This document shows, in pieces, positions 58,194 to 64,000 of a stretch of DNA of 64,000 nt (the stretch's first letter is position 1; each line of letters begins with the position of its first letter). The position numbers were made by a program, and so were the translations under genes. Source of the DNA: Ignavibacteriales bacterium. Its GTDB lineage: Bacteria; Bacteroidota; Ignavibacteria; Ignavibacteriales; SURF-24. The stretch lies in NCBI GenBank assembly GCA_026390815.1, contig JAPLFH010000032.1, positions 56,904 through 120,903 of the forward strand. The letters run 5' to 3'. The notes beneath the pieces are model-generated. The model worked only from the letters and a program-made list of their open reading frames with translations, searched no databases and was not told where the DNA came from.

Positions 58194-59084
58194 TTATTTA
58201 AGAAGGATCATTTTTTTACTTGAAGAATAACTGCCAGCGGTAATTCTGTATATATAAATACCGCTCGGCATATTATTCGCATTAAATTTTATTTCGTGAA
58301 CACCTGAATTCTGATATTCATCAACTAATATTGATATTTCTTCACCTATTGGAGAATAAATTTTTATGTTTATTTTTTCAGGCTTACTAATTGAATACTT
58401 AATAGTTGTTGATGGGTTAAAAGGATTGGGAAAATTCTGATAGAGTTCATAAGAAACGGGGATTTCAAATTTATTATCAACAGAAGTGATAGTTCCTAAA
58501 GTATCACCATTAATAATACAACCCCGTAATACTTTTTGTGGTCCTGTTGCTTCATCATCAAATTCCATATATTCTCCCACTCCTTCAATTAAAGTCATAG
58601 TAAAACTTGCAAAAGAAAATTCGTTCACTACCGAATCTTGCTGATGAGCATAAAAAGTAATTTCCTTAACATGTCTTGTTTTGCCAAAGATTTGGGTGAG
58701 GTATTCGTCACTTACTTTTGCAGGTTTATATATATATATCGTGTCTCCTTCGTTTATAAAAAACCTTTTAGTAACGATCCAAGAATTTCCTTTGTTGGCA
58801 TTAAGCTTATAATATAACCAGTTCATTGTGGAATCAACGGGTAACCAATAAACATTATAGTTTGTATCGATTCTAAAGTAAGGGTCAGTATTAGGAGCAT
58901 AATAAATAAATTTGCTTCCATCAGTTAAGATTGAATCATTAACAATTTCATATCTCAATATCTCTGTCTTGCTATTATACTCCCAAACATTTCCAACTGA
59001 AGAAGGTAAAAAGTTATAAGGGTCTGGTTCTTGGGCAAAGACAAAGTGGGTTAAAAATGTTAACACTATAATTACTTTTTTCAT
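58194..59084 (-). CDS. Secreted hypothetical protein with T9SS C-terminal domain (296 aa), a tandem paralogue of 59165..60061.
   Basis: Signal peptide present. Shares ...GCIINGDTLGTIT... and ...YQNFPNPFNPSTTIKYSI...IYIYRITAGSYSSSKKMILLK with the paralogue. Confidence 0.7.
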   Translation of the reverse strand: MKKVIIVLTFLTHFVFAQEPDPYNFLPSSVGNVWEYNSKTEILRYEIVNDSILTDGSKFIYYAPNTDPYFRIDTNYNVYWLPVDSTMNWLYYKLNANKGNSWIVTKRFFINEGDTIYIYKPAKVSDEYLTQIFGKTRHVKEITFYAHQQDSVVNEFSFASFTMTLIEGVGEYMEFDDEATGPQKVLRGCIINGDTLGTITSVDNKFEIPVSYELYQNFPNPFNPSTTIKYSISKPEKINIKIYSPIGEEISILVDEYQNSGVHEIKFNANNMPSGIYIYRITAGSYSSSKKMILLK

Positions 59085-59164
59085 ATTTATACTCCAAAAT
59101 AGGTAAAGGTGTTTGTTTCATCGCTATACTTCTATATTGACTTTTTCATTTTAGTTGCCACTTT

Positions 59165-60061
59165 TTATTTTATAAGTATCATTTTATTATAAGCAGAATA
59201 TTTTCCTGCTGTTAATCGACAAAAGTATATTCCGCTTGGTAAATTAGCTGCATTAAAGTTGGTTTCATAAGTTCCAATATTCTGGTATTGATCTACCAGA
59301 ATCTTAAGCTCTTCACCTATAAGAGAATAAATTAATAGCTTTACTTTTTCCAGTGTTGAAATAGAATATCTAATTGTAGTCGATGGATTAAAAGGATTAG
59401 GATAGTTTTGAAATAAACAAAAATTCTCCGGTTTTAATAAATCAGGCTTTTCTTCAACATCGGTAATTGTTCCATATTTAACACCATTTATTATACAGCC
59501 CATTAGCTGGTAATACTCAACTTCATTTCCCCACCATATCTTTCCAAAACCATCTGCAATATCTTCACGCCATGCCCAGGTATAAAATTGAGTTGACGTA
59601 TCCTGCAGATCATTCTTTGAAAAATAATCGATGTAATATCCCTTAGTAATCACACCGAATACACTTGCAGTAAATTCACCCCAACAATGTCCCATATACC
59701 CGGCTTGCCTGAGAGTATCCCAAAGCATCCATTTGTCCCCTGGTTTCATTGGAAATTTGTAAAGTAATATGTCGATAGAATTAGGCCATTTTATAACACT
59801 ATCCTGGTTTTTACTCACCTGATAACTCCACAAAATATCATTATTAGTATTCTTATTTAATAAAGGATTTAAAACTAATAGCAACTTACTGCTATCAGCT
59901 AATAAAGAATCTTTAACAATTACATCTTTAAAAATTCTTCCATTATCATATTTATACTGCCAGGCATTTCCAATTGCATGCGGAAAGTAATTTTCAGTTT
60001 GTTGTGCATAAACAATTGTTGTTATAAATATTATTAATACAGTTAATTTCTTTGCGTTCAT
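59165..60061 (-). CDS. Secreted hypothetical protein with T9SS C-terminal domain (298 aa), paralogue of 58194..59084.
   Basis: Signal peptide present. ...GCIINGVKYGTIT.... C-terminus FQNYPNPFNPSTTIRYSI...YFCRLTAGKYSAYNKMILIK. Confidence 0.7.
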   Translation of the reverse strand: MNAKKLTVLIIFITTIVYAQQTENYFPHAIGNAWQYKYDNGRIFKDVIVKDSLLADSSKLLLVLNPLLNKNTNNDILWSYQVSKNQDSVIKWPNSIDILLYKFPMKPGDKWMLWDTLRQAGYMGHCWGEFTASVFGVITKGYYIDYFSKNDLQDTSTQFYTWAWREDIADGFGKIWWGNEVEYYQLMGCIINGVKYGTITDVEEKPDLLKPENFCLFQNYPNPFNPSTTIRYSISTLEKVKLLIYSLIGEELKILVDQYQNIGTYETNFNAANLPSGIYFCRLTAGKYSAYNKMILIK

Positions 60062-60661
60062 AAGTATACCTTTGTTTTAAATATCTTAATAAAGAGATTT
60101 ATACATATCTCTTTTGTTTTTAGTACTTGTTTCTACTTTAAATCAGCAAGTGTTATTTACTTCTTCACGCATAATGTGCTCCTTTTAATTACTTTAGGAA
60201 AAAATGCGGAGAATTATTATAATTGTATGTAAGTAAAAAGAAAGATACAGTCAGCCAGACTGCAAATACGAACATAGCAACTTTTTACCTGCATTTCTGC
60301 CGTTCAGGTACTGCAATTACCGGGATGGCTTTTAATTTTTAAATGGCAGCCGCTACATAATTTTTTATTAAGTATTTCTGTTCTGTATTAAGTAAGAAAA
60401 GTAAAGACAACAACTGAAACAGGAATAACAATTTTGTCTTTTATTGAAAGATATCTCTGGTTAGGCTTTTAAGTAAGAACCCCCGTGCTTTTATAACCAA
60501 AGGCAATTTACTATAGTTTTTTGGATAAAAATAATTTATTGGTCCTTCTGCTGCTGGTTTTGAGGTTTTTCCTTGTAAAGGTGTGGTAATTACCCGACAA
60601 TAAACCAGTTTATGTTTTTAACCTATATAGGAGTCGCACAATGCATATGTGGGGAGAAATA

Positions 60662-60697
60662 AAATAGCTGGCTGAAACTAAACTTCAGCCTGCCAGT
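60662..60697 (-). terminator. Terminator hairpin (ggctgaa-actaaac-ttcagcc, extended aaaatagctggctgaaac...cttcagcctgcc) 3' of gene 60706... It is a sequence relative of the 55958 element.
   Basis: On the minus strand the hairpin is followed by tattttatttct. Confidence 0.55.
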
Positions 60698-60705
60698 GTG
60701 TATTA

Positions 60706-63700
60706 TTATTTTACAAGGATCATCTTTTTTGATGAGGTGTAATCGTTTGAACGCAGTTCATACAAATAAATTCCGCTTGTAAGTCCCGCTAAGCGGGAGC
60801 TTGCGTTGAACTCAACCGAGTATTTTCCCACATCTTTCCTTTCATCAACAAGTGTTGCTACTTCTTTGCCTAACACATCATAAATCTTTAAGGTTACTCT
60901 GCCTGCTTTGGGCGTCTGGTAATTAATTACAGTTGAAGGATTGAATGGATTGGGATAGTTCTGGGATAATCCGTAGTCATTTACAACTAAGTTCCCTTCG
61001 TATGTAATTTCCTGATCGCTTTCTTTCGGTAATGTGTTATTCACCGTGTAATGCTGTGCTATCAGATAATTACCTTTAACAGAATTATCCAGCACTAATC
61101 TTAACCTTACTATCCTATCACCAATGCCCGATGCTATTATCTTATATGAAGAGATTTTATTCTTCAGAAGATTGTTTTTATTGAAGGAAAGTTTATTAAA
61201 CGAGCCAAGTACTTTTCCGTCATTATTATCTATCAACTCAACTTCAAAATCCGTACTCTTTTCATTGCCAAGCAGGGTTACCGCCTTAACAGAATCTGAT
61301 GAGCCAAACATAGTGCTAAAGCTTAACTCCGATTTATCATTTAATGTGAATGGCTGGCTGGTTAAATATCCGGTGAACTCATTCCAACTATTAAAAGCTG
61401 TAGTTTCTTTCATCTCCTTAAAATCAACCGCCTGTCCATCTACGTTTATATCACCAAGCGCAAAGTAAATTGCAGTACTGTCATTATAAACAACCGCTTT
61501 CCTGCTTGAAGAGATAAAATCTTTTGTGCTTTCTTTACCAAGGCTTTCTACAGAATTTGATTTATTAAAACTATACGGAGATGATGTAGTTGATAATGTT
61601 ATTCCAAACATACTGGTCCAACTGCTCCAGGTATCGCTGTTGCACACTTGTAGGTTTTTGCCTGTTATACCAAAGTTTCTAATGTTAGAAAATGAAGTGT
61701 TGCGGATATATTTGTTATAACTGCCGTTACTTTCAGTCCAGCCAATTACATAACCTGCGGCAGGTATATTTAAATTAATAACTGAATTATTTACTGAACT
61801 GCCGAATTCATAAATGGTTGAGAACCAAGTATTGTCGCTTTGTCTTGCACGCAGCAGGGTATGGGAAATGCCCATTTCGGTGTCTTCGCCAACCCAAGTT
61901 AATCTTGGTGTACCATCCGGCAATACAATTATTGAAGGATATGAGTTTTTCAGATATGCGCTTCCCGACGAAGCTTCTGAGAGATAGGAACATTGGATAC
62001 CTGAATAATAAATAAGTTGTTCATATTTAATTTTTGAACCTCCTGTTACATTTTGTTGCCAGACTAAATGAAATACAGTTGCTCCGGCATCTAAGGCTTG
62101 CTTACATACACTTATCGCAGGGTTTAAACTGGAATTATCAGTTCCCGTTACAATTGTAGCAGCGGAAGTCCAGGAGGTATAATTGCCCGCACGGTAATAA
62201 AGCCCGGCAGTACCTTCTTTCCAAACAACAACAATTTTATTTAATGCACCCCAGCTTCCACATACTACCGGTGTTGCATTATTACTTGAGTAGGAATTTG
62301 CCGATGCATACACAACATCATTGAACAGGATATTTCCACTAACATCCAATTTCTTTACCTTAATACTATAGGTAGTGCCGGTCTTTAGTTGATAAGTTAC
62401 AAGTATGGCAGGTGTACTACCTAATACAAAATCAATTGAGGGACTTTTTGCTTCTGGTCCTTCATCAACAGGAGCATTATTTACAATTGTCCAGTTTGCG
62501 CCATCATCTACGCTTTTTTCAAGCCATATCCTGTTCATACTTTCATAAACTTTATAAAGAGTTCCATCTAAATTAACAAACTTCCGTTGGCTGGGATTAG
62601 AGAAAGCGTTTTGATTGTTTGTAAGATTAGTGCCTTTTAAGTTTGCAGTTACAATTGCACCACTACCTTTAAATACTATGGGTGTTTCCAAATTGTAAGG
62701 TTGCTTAATATCTGCTAAAGCAGAATTATTAACACTCCAAGAACTAAGATAGAATTTGTGTGTTTTACCTGTTTGCGAAAGATATATATCCTGTGATGAA
62801 GATTTGATACTATAAGGAATCTTGTTGGAATAGGGATCTTGATTTAAAAAAATACCATTATAGTGTATCCCGCTACTTGTAGTAGTATTAATGTTCAAAA
62901 CTAATGGAGTGCTATAGGAATAGAATATTCCATCATTGCCTCTGTTACGAAAATTATTCCCATAGTTTGCATCTGCGTAATCATAAATCCACGGGTCTTT
63001 AAATTCAACATTTCCATTATATTGGTTGCACTCAGGCAAATAAGAATTAATTGTTAAATCTCCTGATGTTACATTGCCAAAATATGATGCAACAGTGCCG
63101 TAAGTTCCATCAATGGAAAAAGAACCATGATTAATTATTTTATTGTCACTGCCCCAATTATTAAATTTCTCTGTTAAATTAAGTAATGATTGAGATGCTT
63201 TGAAAGTTTCAATAAAATTTTTATAACAATCAAATTTTGTTGTTTGTATTGGGTATGATACAAAACTTTGGTTCTCCCAATGGCCCAATGTTGAACCGGT
63301 CATTCTGGAACCATTTGCATAATATTGATCTATAGATATCTCGACTAATCCTATTGCATCATAAAAAGCATTATTAGATAAACTAGTCCCTGAATTTGGA
63401 CAAACTGGCATAGTATGAACACCTATTGCATAACCAGTTGCTTCGTCAATTATTGGACTTCCTGAATTTCCACTTTCTGTATCAGTATAATAAGATATTG
63501 CATTCTCTGTCGCCGAATATTGATAAAAATTAGCTGAAGCTGTTTGCTGTATGTAAGCAGAAGAACCATCATCTACACCATAACCAGTAATCCTAATAGT
63601 AGTTGGGTTATATTTTCTGTCAATATTTAAATATGTACCGTATTGTTCAATTGGATATTTTCCAGTTCCGGAATTTGGGTAAACAGTAAATACCGCCCAG

Positions 63701-64000
63701 TCCTTTCCCGCAATAGGATTACCACTCATATCTCCAGTATCTTGCTTCTGAATACTTGTGGCATTGATGGTATAAATATCAGCCGGATTAGATGGATGAA
63801 CTATTATCTTATCGGTGTTCGAAAAAGGTACATTAAATTCCAGGGTTAAATTGTCCGGCCCATTTTTAAAACAATGACCTGCCGTAACAAACTTATTATT
63901 TTTTGTTGCCCACGCTGTACCAACCACGCTATTACCTCTTACAATACGACCTATTGCATTATTATAAGAAGGGACACGTTCATCAGTTCCGCAAATAGAG
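60706..64000 (-). CDS. Secreted S1B-like (glutamyl-endopeptidase/V8-like) serine protease domain fused to a large beta-propeller/BNR-like region and a T9SS C-terminal sorting domain. The N-terminus lies beyond the window end.
   Basis: The frame stays open upstream of the caller's GTG (…SYNNAIGRIVRGNSVVGTAW…) to nt 64000. TAGHCF is the His motif and ESGNSGSPIIDE is the Ser motif (compare V8 GNSGSPVF). C-terminus LSQNYPNPFNPSTVINYQTPKAGRVTLKIYDVLGK...KMILVK. Confidence 0.7.
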   Translation of the reverse strand, partial: SICGTDERVPSYNNAIGRIVRGNSVVGTAWATKNNKFVTAGHCFKNGPDNLTLEFNVPFSNTDKIIVHPSNPADIYTINATSIQKQDTGDMSGNPIAGKDWAVFTVYPNSGTGKYPIEQYGTYLNIDRKYNPTTIRITGYGVDDGSSAYIQQTASANFYQYSATENAISYYTDTESGNSGSPIIDEATGYAIGVHTMPVCPNSGTSLSNNAFYDAIGLVEISIDQYYANGSRMTGSTLGHWENQSFVSYPIQTTKFDCYKNFIETFKASQSLLNLTEKFNNWGSDNKIINHGSFSIDGTYGTVASYFGNVTSGDLTINSYLPECNQYNGNVEFKDPWIYDYADANYGNNFRNRGNDGIFYSYSTPLVLNINTTTSSGIHYNGIFLNQDPYSNKIPYSIKSSSQDIYLSQTGKTHKFYLSSWSVNNSALADIKQPYNLETPIVFKGSGAIVTANLKGTNLTNNQNAFSNPSQRKFVNLDGTLYKVYESMNRIWLEKSVDDGANWTIVNNAPVDEGPEAKSPSIDFVLGSTPAILVTYQLKTGTTYSIKVKKLDVSGNILFNDVVYASANSYSSNNATPVVCGSWGALNKIVVVWKEGTAGLYYRAGNYTSWTSAATIVTGTDNSSLNPAISVCKQALDAGATVFHLVWQQNVTGGSKIKYEQLIYYSGIQCSYLSEASSGSAYLKNSYPSIIVLPDGTPRLTWVGEDTEMGISHTLLRARQSDNTWFSTIYEFGSSVNNSVINLNIPAAGYVIGWTESNGSYNKYIRNTSFSNIRNFGITGKNLQVCNSDTWSSWTSMFGITLSTTSSPYSFNKSNSVESLGKESTKDFISSSRKAVVYNDSTAIYFALGDINVDGQAVDFKEMKETTAFNSWNEFTGYLTSQPFTLNDKSELSFSTMFGSSDSVKAVTLLGNEKSTDFEVELIDNNDGKVLGSFNKLSFNKNNLLKNKISSYKIIASGIGDRIVRLRLVLDNSVKGNYLIAQHYTVNNTLPKESDQEITYEGNLVVNDYGLSQNYPNPFNPSTVINYQTPKAGRVTLKIYDVLGKEVATLVDERKDVGKYSVEFNASSRLAGLTSGIYLYELRSNDYTSSKKMILVK

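Noticed and set aside
1-64000. CRISPR arrays, tRNA/rRNA genes, transposases, integrases and prophage genes.
   Set aside because: A read of both strands found no regularly spaced short direct repeats with unique spacers. No cloverleaf-compatible tRNA candidates were found in the intergenic regions. No DDE, tyrosine or serine recombinase motifs were seen.

Overview
Low-GC (roughly 35-37%) chromosomal segment with Shine-Dalgarno-type RBSs and many secreted proteins carrying the Por/T9SS C-terminal sorting domain (QNYPNPFNP...K-M-x-LLK). That combination points to a Fibrobacteres-Chlorobi-Bacteroidetes-group organism, most plausibly Ignavibacteriota-like. The window starts inside a giant repeat-rich T9SS cargo gene and ends inside a T9SS-tailed S1B-like serine protease gene on the minus strand.

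Contents in order:
- 5'-truncated giant adhesin-like gene with an M4 (thermolysin-type) protease and a small secreted partner gene
- XRE HTH regulator plus membrane protein pair
- OmpH/Skp-like chaperone and an outer-membrane beta-barrel protein
- solitary MmeI-like Type IIG restriction-modification enzyme that carries GC-rich palindromic in-frame insertions and a 3'-end duplication
- alaS, a GrpB-family protein and a short-chain dehydrogenase (SDR)
- a 1884-aa ORF fusing a class-I PLP aminotransferase domain to a divergent PEP-carboxylase-like domain; I am not aware of this architecture being described
- SPFH/flotillin-like protein, GH20-like hexosaminidase, pstSCAB plus a second pstB with a degenerate ABC signature
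- compact Type II restriction-modification operon (PD-DxK nuclease and NPPW methyltransferase)
- YbjQ-family protein, lamin-tail/CotH protein, ACP plus NDP-forming acyl-CoA synthetase pair, nagB, and a cluster of T9SS-secreted proteases

Several families of short repeated elements are visible:
- GC-rich palindromes
- conserved terminator hairpins
- a MITE-like inverted repeat

No rRNA, tRNA, CRISPR, transposase or integrase is recognisable.
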